DNA from: a phage | Length of the DNA: 64,000 nt | Strand: one strand, 5' to 3' | Sequence record: PZ445430.1 | Shown here: piece by piece, positions 27,909-36,259 of the stretch | Position numbering within the stretch: position 1 is the stretch's first letter | How the letters are laid out: every line of letters starts with the position of its first letter | Position numbers and translations under genes: made by a program | The notes under the pieces: generated by a model | What the model was told of the DNA's origin: nothing | The model's database searches: none | The model's input: the letters and a program-made list of their open reading frames with translations, nothing else

Positions 27909-28127
27909 ATGGTATTCTTAGTAGCCTCTGTAGTTCTTGCAGCTTTAGCACTAGCTATCTATTTTAGAACTGTTAAAGATTTAGCTAAAGAAAAGAAAAC
28001 TTTCTTTACTGATTATTCTTGGGGCGCTCCATATACTGTCCGCTTTATCAGCTTAGAAGCTATGCTGATAATGGTATTCAGTGGCGTAGGTTCCATTGTT
28101 GCGGGATTATTATTTATTTCTAACTAA
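27909..28127 (+). CDS. small membrane protein
   Basis: AAGGAAA RBS; two hydrophobic helices. Confidence 0.5.
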   Translation: MVFLVASVVLAALALAIYFRTVKDLAKEKKTFFTDYSWGAPYTVRFISLEAMLIMVFSGVGSIVAGLLFISN

Positions 28128-28134
28128 ATAAAAT

Positions 28135-28215
28135 GGGGATGTGGCGAAATTGGCAGACGCGCTAGATTTAGGTTCTAGTCTCCGGGTGTGGGTTCGAGTC
28201 CCTCCATCCCTACCA
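28135..28215 (+). tRNA. tRNA-Leu(TAG)
   Basis: Anticodon arm ctaga-TTTAGGT-tctag; 9-nt variable region; CCA encoded. Confidence 0.65.
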
Positions 28216-28389
28216 AACATTGGATTAACTCATGATGAAAACTCCTATAACTGATATCTGGTTAGCTGTTAATACGTTAACTAAAGAGTATGTGTTTATA
28301 GAGTATGGTCAGAGGTATGACCAAAAGATGTATAATCTCATACTTCCAGTATCCGCTAATGAAGTTTATGATTTAATCCTGAGATCTAC

Positions 28390-28482
28390 GGAAGAGCAAA
28401 TCGACTTGGTGACGAAAACCACTTGGAAAGTGGCTGACTTGTGAAAGCAGGCTTGAGAGTTCGAATCTCTCTTCTTCCGCCA
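28390..28482 (+). tRNA. tRNA-Ser(GGA)
   Basis: Acceptor ggaagag/ttcttcc; anticodon loop TTGGAAA; long variable arm; T-loop TTCGAAT; CCA encoded. Confidence 0.55.
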
Positions 28483-28496
28483 AACAAAATTTATAG

Positions 28497-28591
28497 GGTA
28501 GGTCAATCCAACGGCTGGCGCTGGACTCCGACTTGAAATCGGTTGATCGTAGTGATACGGTGTAAGGGTTCGATCCCCTTACCTACCCCCA
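28497..28591 (+). tRNA. tRNA-Ser(TGA)
   Basis: Acceptor ggtaggt/acctacc; anticodon loop CTTGAAA; long variable arm; CCA encoded. Confidence 0.6.
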
Positions 28592-28596
28592 AATCT

Positions 28597-28728
28597 TGAA
28601 GTATGCCGGAATCGGTAGACGGGGCTTCCTAAAGGGCGTAAGAGGAACATCCACTCCTCATAAGATACCCGAAAACGAGGCTGAGATAAATGGTCTATCT
28701 CGTGAAGGTTCAAGTCCTTCTGCTTCTT
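28597..28728 (+). ncRNA. tRNA-like element with Leu-type D-arm (about 130 nt)
   Basis: D-arm ccgg-AATCGGTAGAC-gggg, T-arm gaagg-TTCAAGT-ccttc, pairable acceptor; extra 45 nt internally; no CCA. Confidence 0.25.
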
Positions 28729-28906
28729 GATATTCAATGGCTCAAAGAGTAACGGTGCACCTTTCTAGAGAATTTTCTGGGCGAGAATCCAGAAGTAATC
28801 AACTAGTTGTTAGTGTGATGAGTTTCGGAGAGCCGCCACAATTGAAGTCTTTAGAATGGGTATCGCCCTTTAGCCCCTCCGAAAGGGATAACTAGAGATT
28901 TCAATT

Positions 28907-28983
28907 GTGGCTATATCATAATTGGTTAATGATCCTGATTGTGAATCAGGCCTATGTGGATTCGAATTCCACTAGCCACCCCA
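28907..28983 (+). tRNA. tRNA-His(GTG)
   Basis: Acceptor gtggcta/tagccac; anticodon arm cctga-TTGTGAA-tcagg; CCA encoded. Confidence 0.75.
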
Positions 28984-28989
28984 AATATT

Positions 28990-29064
28990 GCGTCCTTATT
29001 TCAATGGAAAGAATGTAAAGCTACGAACTTTACGATCGGGGTTCGATTCCCTGAGGATGCACCA
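28990..29064 (+). tRNA. tRNA-Arg(ACG)
   Basis: Anticodon arm taaag-CTACGAA-cttta; T-loop TTCGATT; CCA encoded. Confidence 0.75.
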
Positions 29065-29088
29065 ATTAACTTATATAGGAAATAAAAT

Positions 29089-29289
29089 ATGGCTGATTTC
29101 TGCAAAGAATGCTCTATCGATATGTGGGGCAAAGATACTGGTGATCTTTCTGGTCTGATTACAGAAGCCGAAGTTAAAGAAGGCTATGGTGCTGTTGTAA
29201 TCTGTGAAGGTTGTGGTATTATTCGTGTTGATCATAATGGTAAACGTCTAGAAGAACCAGATCCAATTGCCACGGTTCCTGTAGAATAA
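29089..29289 (+). CDS. small Cys-rich protein
   Basis: AGGAAA RBS; CKEC..CEGC. Confidence 0.5.
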   Translation: MADFCKECSIDMWGKDTGDLSGLITEAEVKEGYGAVVICEGCGIIRVDHNGKRLEEPDPIATVPVE

Positions 29290-29296
29290 AAATTAT

Positions 29297-29372
29297 TGGG
29301 ATGTAGATCAATTGGCAGATCGTCGGCCTCTGACTCCGAAGGTTCCACGTTCGATCCGTGGCATCCCAGCCA
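29297..29372 (+). tRNA. tRNA-Gln(CTG)
   Basis: D-stem gatc/gatc; anticodon loop CTCTGAC with C-U mismatch closing the stem; CCA encoded. Confidence 0.65.
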
Positions 29373-29378
29373 AATACT

Positions 29379-29454
29379 TGGAGAGTAGTGTAACGGTTAG
29401 CACAACGGCCTTTGACTCCGTTAATGGTAGGTTCGATTCCTCCTTCTCCAGCCA
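29379..29454 (+). tRNA. tRNA-Gln(TTG)
   Basis: Anticodon loop CTTTGAC with same C-U mismatch; CCA encoded. Confidence 0.65.
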
Positions 29455-29460
29455 ATTTAT

Positions 29461-29535
29461 GCGTGATTAGTTCAGTGGCTAGAATAACTGGCTTCCAACC
29501 AGTAGACACGAGTTCGACTCTCGTATCCCGCACCA
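29461..29535 (+). tRNA. tRNA-Gly(TCC)
   Basis: Anticodon arm actgg-CTTCCAA-ccagt; T-loop TTCGACT; CCA encoded. Confidence 0.7.
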
Positions 29536-29550
29536 ATTTAAGGAAACGTT

Positions 29551-29757
29551 ATGGACGTTTTTGAGTTTCGTAATAAAAACCCTAATAGGCGAGTTTTAAT
29601 TATTGGTGAAACATACCGAGCTTATGAGCAGGAAGACGGTTCGGTTTTATTAAATGATGAAAAGCAAGGCTATAGCTTTCATCCGGAAGAAACATATGAA
29701 GAATTTCGTACTAAGTTTCTTTTACCAGACTGGCTAGCAATAGCTGAGCAAAGATAA
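29551..29757 (+). CDS. hypothetical protein
   Basis: AAGGAAA RBS. Confidence 0.5.
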   Translation: MDVFEFRNKNPNRRVLIIGETYRAYEQEDGSVLLNDEKQGYSFHPEETYEEFRTKFLLPDWLAIAEQR

Positions 29758-29764
29758 CCCGAAG

Positions 29765-29923
29765 ATGGCTGATAATCTAAAGGTAGATAAACGAATGAAG
29801 CACGTTGAGGTTGAGTTGGGTGAAGAACGTTTAAAACTCTCCTTCGAATTCTTACAACAGTTGGCTATGACAGTAATGTCTGATAAGTCTCCTGTATTTG
29901 AAAAAGAAATTCCGTTGAAATAA
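29765..29923 (+). CDS. small hypothetical protein (52 aa)
   Basis: Short ORF, weak RBS. Confidence 0.3.
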   Translation: MADNLKVDKRMKHVEVELGEERLKLSFEFLQQLAMTVMSDKSPVFEKEIPLK

Positions 29924-29933
29924 CGGGTTTATT

Positions 29934-30008
29934 GCTCCTAAAGCATTGCTGGCGATGCAGTTGCCTTGTAAGCATCTGAACCGGGTTCGATTCCTGGTGG
30001 GAGCACCA
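29934..30008 (+). tRNA. tRNA-Thr(TGT)
   Basis: D-stem gcat/atgc; anticodon loop CTTGTAA; T-loop TTCGATT; CCA encoded. Confidence 0.65.
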
Positions 30009-30023
30009 AATTTAAAAATTCAT

Positions 30024-30052
30024 TTGCCTTCTCTCTTATTTCTTGTTATAAT
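30024..30052 (+). promoter_or_regulatory. early promoter (TTGCCT-17-TATAAT)
   Basis: -35 at 30024-30029, -10 at 30047-30052. Confidence 0.55.
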
Positions 30053-30082
30053 ATTTATATAAATTAATGAGAGGGAAACCAA

Positions 30083-30376
30083 ATGAAACGTTATCTTTCT
30101 GTCGTGTTCCAAACGGGTGGTCAACGCTACACTTACGAATTTCCTGAGTCTTGGAAAATAAAAGAAGGTGATCAAGTTGTTGTGCTAACACCTCGTGAAG
30201 GCTTCAAAGTAGTAACGGTTAAACAAGTATTTCCAAAAGATCACGAACCATCTAAGTCTATTCAGTACAAGATGATTCACGGTCTGGTACGAAAAGTACC
30301 TAGAACAGAAGTCGAAGTAGATAAAACTGGTGAAGCTAAATACCAGTATACCTCTTACTTAGACGAGTTGTTATAA
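30083..30376 (+). CDS. hypothetical protein
   Basis: GAGAGGGAAA RBS. Confidence 0.5.
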   Translation: MKRYLSVVFQTGGQRYTYEFPESWKIKEGDQVVVLTPREGFKVVTVKQVFPKDHEPSKSIQYKMIHGLVRKVPRTEVEVDKTGEAKYQYTSYLDELL

Positions 30377-30582
30377 TGAGAATTACTTTCACAGAAAAGA
30401 TTATGGGCAATGGTGTTATGATCATTACCGCATGGGATGGTAATCAGTGGTGTAGTGTTTCAGGTATTAAGCCTGAAGAACAAACACTAGAAAATATCTC
30501 AAAGATTAAGCGAAGAATGGCAGAACGTGCACGACTTCCAGGTGCGCCTAGAAATGGTAAACGTTCTGCAATTAAATGTTAA
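30376..30582 (+). CDS. hypothetical protein
   Basis: Coupled to upstream gene (ATGA overlap). Confidence 0.45.
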   Translation: MRITFTEKIMGNGVMIITAWDGNQWCSVSGIKPEEQTLENISKIKRRMAERARLPGAPRNGKRSAIKC

Positions 30583-30583
30583 T

Positions 30584-30660
30584 GCTTCGGTAGCTTAGCG
30601 ATCTAAAGCACTCGGCTGATAACCGAGAGATCGGGGGTTTAAATCCCTCCCGGAGTACCA
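30584..30660 (+). tRNA. tRNA-Ile(GAT)
   Basis: D-stem gctt/aagc; anticodon arm ctcgg-CTGATAA-ccgag; CCA encoded. Confidence 0.75.
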
Positions 30661-30756
30661 AATTTAGGAAGTAAGACTATGCGTCCAGGAAAGTTTAAAA
30701 AAGCTAATTGGTCTAAAGAGTATAAAGAATACTTACTTAGTCTAGTAAAACATAAT

Positions 30757-30832
30757 AGTTAGTTGGCAGAGAGGTTATGCACCTCCTTCATACGGAGCGA
30801 CTACAGTGGTTCAAATCCACTACTAACTACCA
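30757..30832 (+). tRNA. tRNA(CAT), third copy
   Basis: Acceptor agttagt/actaact; anticodon loop TTCATAC; T-arm agtgg-TTCAAAT-ccact; CCA encoded. Confidence 0.65.
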
Positions 30833-31015
30833 AAGATAAGATCAGGCCTTTGTGCCAGATCTCTGTGTTTATTAAACTGAATGGGACTATCAATCCACAA
30901 GCCGGACTACGAGCGATTATCGGGTATTCACTTAATAAACAGCCTGCCTCCCAGTTTTTATCTTGCTTCTGGGTTAACAAAAAGCTGAGCCAAATTCTAA
31001 CATCATGGAGATCTA

Positions 31016-31384
31016 ATGAAAGCGTACCAAAACCTTAAATCCGGCGTAATTAACCTTGTTCATGACAATCAGATCATTCAATTATACTCTAAAGATGGTG
31101 AACTTAAACAAAAAGTTCTAGTTGAAGATCTAGAAGGTATCACACCTCACTTTGATACTGAAGCCTTTCGCATCGTAGATGTTGAAGTAGTTCCTCAGGT
31201 CGAGGGCGGTCAGCACCTAAATGTCAATGTGTTAAGTCGTGATCAGCTTTTGGATGCACAGAAACATCCTGAAAAATACCCTCAGTTGACCATTCGTGTC
31301 TCTGGCTATGCTGTTCGATTTAATGCACTGACGCGTGAACAACAGAACGACGTTATTAGTCGTACATTTACTCAGGCGATATAA
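31016..31384 (+). CDS. grcA: GrcA-like autonomous glycyl-radical cofactor
   Basis: Translation matches GrcA/PFL C-terminus: [43 protein letters not shown]. Confidence 0.8.
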   Translation: MKAYQNLKSGVINLVHDNQIIQLYSKDGELKQKVLVEDLEGITPHFDTEAFRIVDVEVVPQVEGGQHLNVNVLSRDQLLDAQKHPEKYPQLTIRVSGYAVRFNALTREQQNDVISRTFTQAI

Positions 31385-31465
31385 TGGGGTTTGGATACGA
31401 TTTCTCCCAGCTACGCAAGGTAGTCGAGCAAACTCCATTTATCTCCCAAGTTTTAGGAGAAATGT

Positions 31466-31759
31466 GTGGATCGAGCATTAAGACGCCATCACCGGCAACG
31501 TGTGAAAAACAATCGCAAAAAGTATTGGACAGTCTTCCCACATGAAGAAAGTCCTAAGCGGTTAGGCATTATCACTACCACTCCTTGCATCTGTTCTTGT
31601 TGGATGTGTGGGAATCCTCGCAAATACTATAAGAATAGTAAAGCAGGTATGAAAATCTCGGAGATTAAAAAGATGGAATCGACTGAACTGATTATCGGAT
31701 ATGGCGAAGGTATTTCAAATGATGAATTTGATGGCTTCGTAGGTTTCGGTGAAGGTTAA
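31466..31759 (+). CDS. Cys-rich hypothetical protein
   Basis: GTG start 6 nt after AGGAG; CICSCWMC motif. Confidence 0.45.
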   Translation: MDRALRRHHRQRVKNNRKKYWTVFPHEESPKRLGIITTTPCICSCWMCGNPRKYYKNSKAGMKISEIKKMESTELIIGYGEGISNDEFDGFVGFGEG

Positions 31760-31768
31760 TTAATAATA

Positions 31769-31806
31769 AACCCCAGCTATTGAATAAGTAGTCTGGGGTT
31801 TTCTTG
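31769..31806 (+). terminator. rho-independent terminator
   Basis: Hairpin accccag..ctggggt plus TTTTCTT. Confidence 0.6.
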
Positions 31807-31823
31807 TATATAGGATTTTCGAA

Positions 31824-32009
31824 ATGAAAATTTTTAAAGTAAACTATAGCGGCCTGTGGTTAGGTGGTACAGCTATTGTTGTTGCGGAAACTGCGGAAGA
31901 AGCAATCGAACTGGCTAGAAACCATAGAAGTTCTATAGAATTCGAGAATGTGACAGTAGAAGAACTCCCTAGCAGTGGGGTAGTATACAACGACAACGGA
32001 GATTACTGA
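31824..32009 (+). CDS. hypothetical protein
   Basis: ORF, weak RBS. Confidence 0.4.
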   Translation: MKIFKVNYSGLWLGGTAIVVAETAEEAIELARNHRSSIEFENVTVEELPSSGVVYNDNGDY

Positions 32010-32067
32010 TGTTATATTTTGAAGTTCGCCCACATTAAGTTAATTTAAAAGACTTAATGGAGGTAAT

Positions 32068-32463
32068 ATGAGCCGTACATATCGTAAACAATCTGGAAAT
32101 CGTCACTGGCGTGATTCACATCGTTCTACTTATAACTTTCATAGCAATAATATCCGTATTCCGTATATCTACACGGATAGGGATGGTAAACAGTGGAAGT
32201 ATTATCAAGTTCGATCCAATGAAGCATGGGCTAAAACTTGGGATGAAATTGAGAAGGAGATTCAGGAAAATATCATCCGTAACGAGAAGAAAGATGGGCA
32301 CTGGTGGGATTCTGTTAGTAGGAACGTTAAGTGGCATTCTAACAAAATGGTTCGTCAGGGAAACCGTCGTGAACTTCATCATGTGATGAAAGATCCAGAA
32401 AATTACGACTATAATCGCGATCATGATCTGCGTAAGCGTGGATTATGGTGGTGCTACGACTAA
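32068..32463 (+). CDS. hypothetical basic His/Trp-rich protein
   Basis: GGAGG RBS. Confidence 0.5.
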   Translation: MSRTYRKQSGNRHWRDSHRSTYNFHSNNIRIPYIYTDRDGKQWKYYQVRSNEAWAKTWDEIEKEIQENIIRNEKKDGHWWDSVSRNVKWHSNKMVRQGNRRELHHVMKDPENYDYNRDHDLRKRGLWWCYD

Positions 32464-32480
32464 TTTCGTAAATAATTCAT

Positions 32481-32510
32481 TTGCTAAAACCCTCTTTTCT
32501 TGATATAATA
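32481..32510 (+). promoter_or_regulatory. early promoter (TTGCTA-18-TATAAT)
   Basis: -35 at 32481-32486, -10 at 32505-32510. Confidence 0.55.
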
Positions 32511-32539
32511 TTTATATAAATTGATGAGAGGGCTTTGAA

Positions 32540-32821
32540 ATGAAAACTCGCTTAGACTGCGCTGTCCATGTTCTTGAGCATGATGTTGTTGGGACTTGTA
32601 TGTCCTATCATGAAGCAGGCAGAATGATTGTTAAACGTATTGCTGATGTTTGTAGTTTGAAAATCACAGAAGATGAAGCAGACGAACTGCTTGGACAGGC
32701 AATAGAGAAAACAGAAATTTTCTTGTGCGATTCTTGTTCTTGGTGGTGTGAAGCTCACGAACATTCTTTCAATGATTATGATGTATGCCGTGACTGTAAG
32801 GAGGATGATGAAGATGAGTAA
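32540..32821 (+). CDS. Cys-rich acidic protein
   Basis: GAGAGGG RBS. Confidence 0.5.
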   Translation: MKTRLDCAVHVLEHDVVGTCMSYHEAGRMIVKRIADVCSLKITEDEADELLGQAIEKTEIFLCDSCSWWCEAHEHSFNDYDVCRDCKEDDEDE

Positions 32822-33029
32822 TTTCTGTTCTCCTTTCGTTACCTTTAGAACTTCTAATTATAAGGACTGTTCTATAAATATAACTACAGTGGCATTAATA
32901 ATTAGTGAAGGCCCTAATAGGTGTAAAGTGTATGTGACTGGAGACTCTATCGGTGTAACTATAGATACTAGTCGAGAAGGCGTACTACAGGCTATCACGA
33001 ATAAACTAAGAGAGTTGCATTATGCGTAA
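32814..33029 (+). CDS. hypothetical protein
   Basis: ATG overlapping upstream stop; AAGGAGG RBS. Confidence 0.4.
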   Translation: MSNFCSPFVTFRTSNYKDCSINITTVALIISEGPNRCKVYVTGDSIGVTIDTSREGVLQAITNKLRELHYA

Positions 33030-33321
33030 ACTTATTATTGCTCTAGTAATTTCAGCAGTTAGTTTCGGTTCTCTGGCATCCACCAAAGTTTCTATGAAAA
33101 ATGGTAATATTAAAGTTCAGCAGAACGGTATTACCACCGAATATGGTAAAGTGCGTGATATTAAAGAACGTAATGGCAAAGTAGAGATCTATACTAATAA
33201 AAACTTCTCTACTCCGGCTGTTACTGTTAGCAAACGTGGTGAAATCACTACTCAACGTTCTAACAATTCCGATTCGTTTACTTGTCGTTATGATTGCGAC
33301 TTTGAAGGTGAAGATGACTAA
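33022..33321 (+). CDS. secreted protein
   Basis: Signal peptide MRKLIIALVISAVSFGSLAS. Confidence 0.5.
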   Translation: MRKLIIALVISAVSFGSLASTKVSMKNGNIKVQQNGITTEYGKVRDIKERNGKVEIYTNKNFSTPAVTVSKRGEITTQRSNNSDSFTCRYDCDFEGEDD

Positions 33322-33733
33322 TTTAGATCCTAGAATTAAACTTGCGATTGAAGAAATCCAAGATCAAATCGATGAGGACTTCACTGTTTGGTCAAGATTT
33401 GGTAATGGTGAGGGTTGTCAGCTTTATAGTATGAAAATGGGTATCTCGATTGAACTTAGTATCAATCCCGAGGGCAACGTAGAAGCCCAACCCACGTTCA
33501 GTGTTCCAGGTTTCTCTGGATTTGTTATGGGCATGAAATTATGTTTGCCAAACAAACATCTTTACCGTGTTATCTGTCAGCTAGAAACGATTAAACATTT
33601 CTTACCTGAAGGTAACATTAACGATTACTATCATGAGGTTGTAGCAGCCCACATGATGAAGGAACGCAAACGTCGGAGAGAAGAACGTGAAAGAGCTAAA
33701 TCTCAACAGTCTAGTTCAGATTCCAGCAACTGA
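33314..33733 (+). CDS. hypothetical protein
   Basis: ATG overlapping upstream stop; Arg/Glu-rich C-terminus. Confidence 0.5.
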   Translation: MTNLDPRIKLAIEEIQDQIDEDFTVWSRFGNGEGCQLYSMKMGISIELSINPEGNVEAQPTFSVPGFSGFVMGMKLCLPNKHLYRVICQLETIKHFLPEGNINDYYHEVVAAHMMKERKRRREERERAKSQQSSSDSSN

Positions 33734-33980
33734 TGCTGTACTAGAGTATCTTAGAAATGATCACACTAAATTCTGGACTGATTATAGCTACGAGCATAAA
33801 TCAGATTTAGCTACTGATTTTGCAAATAAACGAATAGCTGAGTATACAGATCCTAGAGTTAAGAATGATATGATTACTTTACCACTTTGGGATGTGATGG
33901 AAAAGTTTGGCAAAGACTTATGCACAGGTTGTGTACCATTGTTTGTTACTATTTTAGTTGACGAAAAGGATCTTAAATGA
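33687..33980 (+). CDS. hypothetical protein
   Basis: GTG start; overlaps upstream gene by 47 nt. Confidence 0.4.
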   Translation: MKELNLNSLVQIPATDAVLEYLRNDHTKFWTDYSYEHKSDLATDFANKRIAEYTDPRVKNDMITLPLWDVMEKFGKDLCTGCVPLFVTILVDEKDLK

Positions 33981-34261
33981 TTATCTCTCCATTTGCTTTG
34001 TGGTTTGTTATTGGTGCAGTTGTCGCGATTTACAGTCTGATTGATGATCTGTATATCTCTAAAAATAAAGATGTTATTCTTTATGTTATAAACAAGTATC
34101 GTCCACCAGAATTAGCAGAATTTGACGATGAAAAGATGTTCAAATTCATTATGTCAGGTATGCTTATTATGGACACCTTGTTCGGACCAGTAGCCACTTA
34201 TTTCTTCTTCCGTAAGACTCGTAAGATGAAAAAGTTCCGTGCTGAAATGCAGAACAAGTAA
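33977..34261 (+). CDS. membrane protein
   Basis: Hydrophobic helices; coupled. Confidence 0.5.
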   Translation: MIISPFALWFVIGAVVAIYSLIDDLYISKNKDVILYVINKYRPPELAEFDDEKMFKFIMSGMLIMDTLFGPVATYFFFRKTRKMKKFRAEMQNK

Positions 34262-34377
34262 AGAACTAGCGTAGGACCGAGTTGCGTCACCTGCAACTGT
34301 TACGGATAAGGGAGTCGTGCCCCTTAGTGCGGTAAGTGGTGAGTTGGTCGCTGACCTCAACTTTAACTGGAGATATC

Positions 34378-34719
34378 ATGAGCTTTATTTTATTCATTGT
34401 AGCAGCATGGTTTATTATTGGTTTAGGCTATGCTATTGCAGTTATTCGTCATCTGGATGAATATTCTGCTGAATGGTTTATTAAGTACCTACGTTTAGAC
34501 GATCAAGAATACGAGTTCGACAGTGCTGAGGAAAGACAGGCTGTCCAGTCAATGACCCCCAGAGAATGCTTGCTTTACATGCGTGTAATTGGTTTCTTTG
34601 GACTGTTGGTAGCAGGACCGCTAGGTCTTACTATTGCGCCCTATAAAGAAGTTATTGACGACATTAAACTATGGAGAACCGCTGGATCGCTACGTCGTGC
34701 TAGAGAATTAAGTAAATAA
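34378..34719 (+). CDS. membrane protein
   Basis: Internal ATG of track ORF 34336..34719 with GGAG RBS. Confidence 0.5.
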   Translation: MSFILFIVAAWFIIGLGYAIAVIRHLDEYSAEWFIKYLRLDDQEYEFDSAEERQAVQSMTPRECLLYMRVIGFFGLLVAGPLGLTIAPYKEVIDDIKLWRTAGSLRRARELSK

Positions 34720-34760
34720 GAGTGATGATAATCACCTCCTAGCAAGAATAATAATGACAA

Positions 34761-34796
34761 AGCCCAGCCTGCAATTTTGCGACTGGGCTATTTTTG
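34761..34796 (+). terminator. rho-independent terminator
   Basis: Hairpin agcccag..ctgggct plus TATTTTTG. Confidence 0.6.
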
Positions 34797-34810
34797 TAAT
34801 AAAATTTCAG

Positions 34811-34839
34811 TTGCTCAGATGCCACAAGTATTGTATAAT
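34811..34839 (+). promoter_or_regulatory. early promoter (TTGCTC-17-TATAAT)
   Basis: -35 at 34811-34816, -10 at 34834-34839. Confidence 0.55.
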
Positions 34840-34870
34840 ATGTTTATAGATTGAGGCAAAAGGATAATTT

Positions 34871-35569
34871 ATGAGAATCATTTCAAAGTTCAATGATGTA
34901 TACGATTTGCAGAATAGTTTATTTGATCCAGATCGTGTCTGGGAGCGTAAAACTGAAGAGCTGCTGGTAAAAGTAACTGACGATGTAGAAAAGAATATCG
35001 TTCATAATCGTCAAGTGTTTCGTGAAGGTTCCTTATCCTTCCGTGGTGACTTCGAATACTCAGTAAATCCACTGTTTATTGCAGGTGAAGTTTATTGGTT
35101 ACATGAGCTGTCCTGCTGGCATCCAGCATTCAGTTTCAAAACGTTCAATATCGATGCTGTGTTCGATAAAATGGAAGAAATGGGATTACATGCCCGTTCT
35201 TATTTACTAGACAAGAATCGTGGTGATGTTCGTGAAACTATGCGAGATATGTTGGTTGAAGCAAAACCTAAAGCAGAACGTATCTTATCTGAACTGCGTG
35301 TACCAATTGCGTATGTGAAAGGTATTAAGAAGAACGATAACGATGATGTTCGTAACTTCGTAATTCAGACCAACATTCGTTTCCACCAGTCGGGTATTCC
35401 GTGGCAGGAAATTGAAAGTAACTTATACCGTTTACACCAAGTTCTCGAACAGTATATTTTCGGTGTACTAGGAACTGGTGAGCCTGATATGATTACCGTA
35501 TCAGATAAAGACAGGTTAGCAGCACATGGATTTGATACAAAAACTTCTTTCAGGAATATGGCAAGGTAA
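34871..35569 (+). CDS. hypothetical protein
   Basis: 232 aa; AAAGGA RBS. Confidence 0.55.
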   Translation: MRIISKFNDVYDLQNSLFDPDRVWERKTEELLVKVTDDVEKNIVHNRQVFREGSLSFRGDFEYSVNPLFIAGEVYWLHELSCWHPAFSFKTFNIDAVFDKMEEMGLHARSYLLDKNRGDVRETMRDMLVEAKPKAERILSELRVPIAYVKGIKKNDNDDVRNFVIQTNIRFHQSGIPWQEIESNLYRLHQVLEQYIFGVLGTGEPDMITVSDKDRLAAHGFDTKTSFRNMAR

Positions 35570-35975
35570 GTGGTATATACTGGGAGCTGGTCTTGCGATA
35601 GGTATCGGATTCGGTGCTTATCACTTAGTAAATAAGGTTGAAACTCTAGCTGGGGATCTTGCAGTTGCGACTAAAAAGATATCCACTCTAGAGACTTCCC
35701 TTAATAAGGTGAAAACTGAAAGTGAACTTCGGGAGACTCGAATGAATCAGTATTTCACAATGAATAATATTTCGCAAGCAGATCTAGACAAAAAGATTAA
35801 GCAGTTAGATAAAGCTCTTAGTCGTCAAGATGTTATCGCTGCAAAGCCTGGATTGGTAACATTAATTGCTAAAAAGCAGAATAAAGAGTTCGAGGAAAGA
35901 TTAGCGTGTTTAACTGGAAACTTGGAGTACTGCTCGCAGCCGCAATCACAATCACAGGCTGTGCAGAAGAAATAA
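35526..35975 (+). CDS. i-spanin-like protein (N-terminal TM helix plus coiled coil)
   Basis: TM segment WYILGAGLAIGIGFGAY then charged coiled-coil region. Confidence 0.4.
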   Translation: MDLIQKLLSGIWQGKWYILGAGLAIGIGFGAYHLVNKVETLAGDLAVATKKISTLETSLNKVKTESELRETRMNQYFTMNNISQADLDKKIKQLDKALSRQDVIAAKPGLVTLIAKKQNKEFEERLACLTGNLEYCSQPQSQSQAVQKK

Positions 35976-36259
35976 AACCAGAGCCATCCCATGAGTTAAA
36001 GCAAGCTCATGTCGATTGGCCTAAAGGACTTCAGCCTTGTAGTTTTGATTTCAAATTCGAAAAGAAATTAGCTACAAATGGTGAAGATGGCGTAGTAGTT
36101 GTTGTACCTTACAAAGATTGGAATGCAAAAGCAAAATGCGAGGAAGCAGTTTACTCTTACATTTCACGACTGACCGGTATGGTTTGCTTCTATCGTCAGG
36201 ATTTACAAGAAAAACGTTGCTTAGTTTATTATCCACCCATTACAAATAGGAAAGATTAA
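35906..36259 (+). CDS. lipoprotein, o-spanin-like
   Basis: GTG start after GAGGAAAG RBS; lipobox LLAAAITITGC; starts inside 3' end of preceding gene. Confidence 0.4.
   Translation: MFNWKLGVLLAAAITITGCAEEIKPEPSHELKQAHVDWPKGLQPCSFDFKFEKKLATNGEDGVVVVVPYKDWNAKAKCEEAVYSYISRLTGMVCFYRQDLQEKRCLVYYPPITNRKD

Noticed and set aside
28232-28444. 70-aa ORF between tRNA-Leu(TAG) and tRNA-Ser(TGA)
   Set aside because: Its last 55 nt overlap the 5' half of the tRNA-Ser(GGA) candidate at 28390 and it has only a weak RBS; a shorter peptide cannot be excluded.
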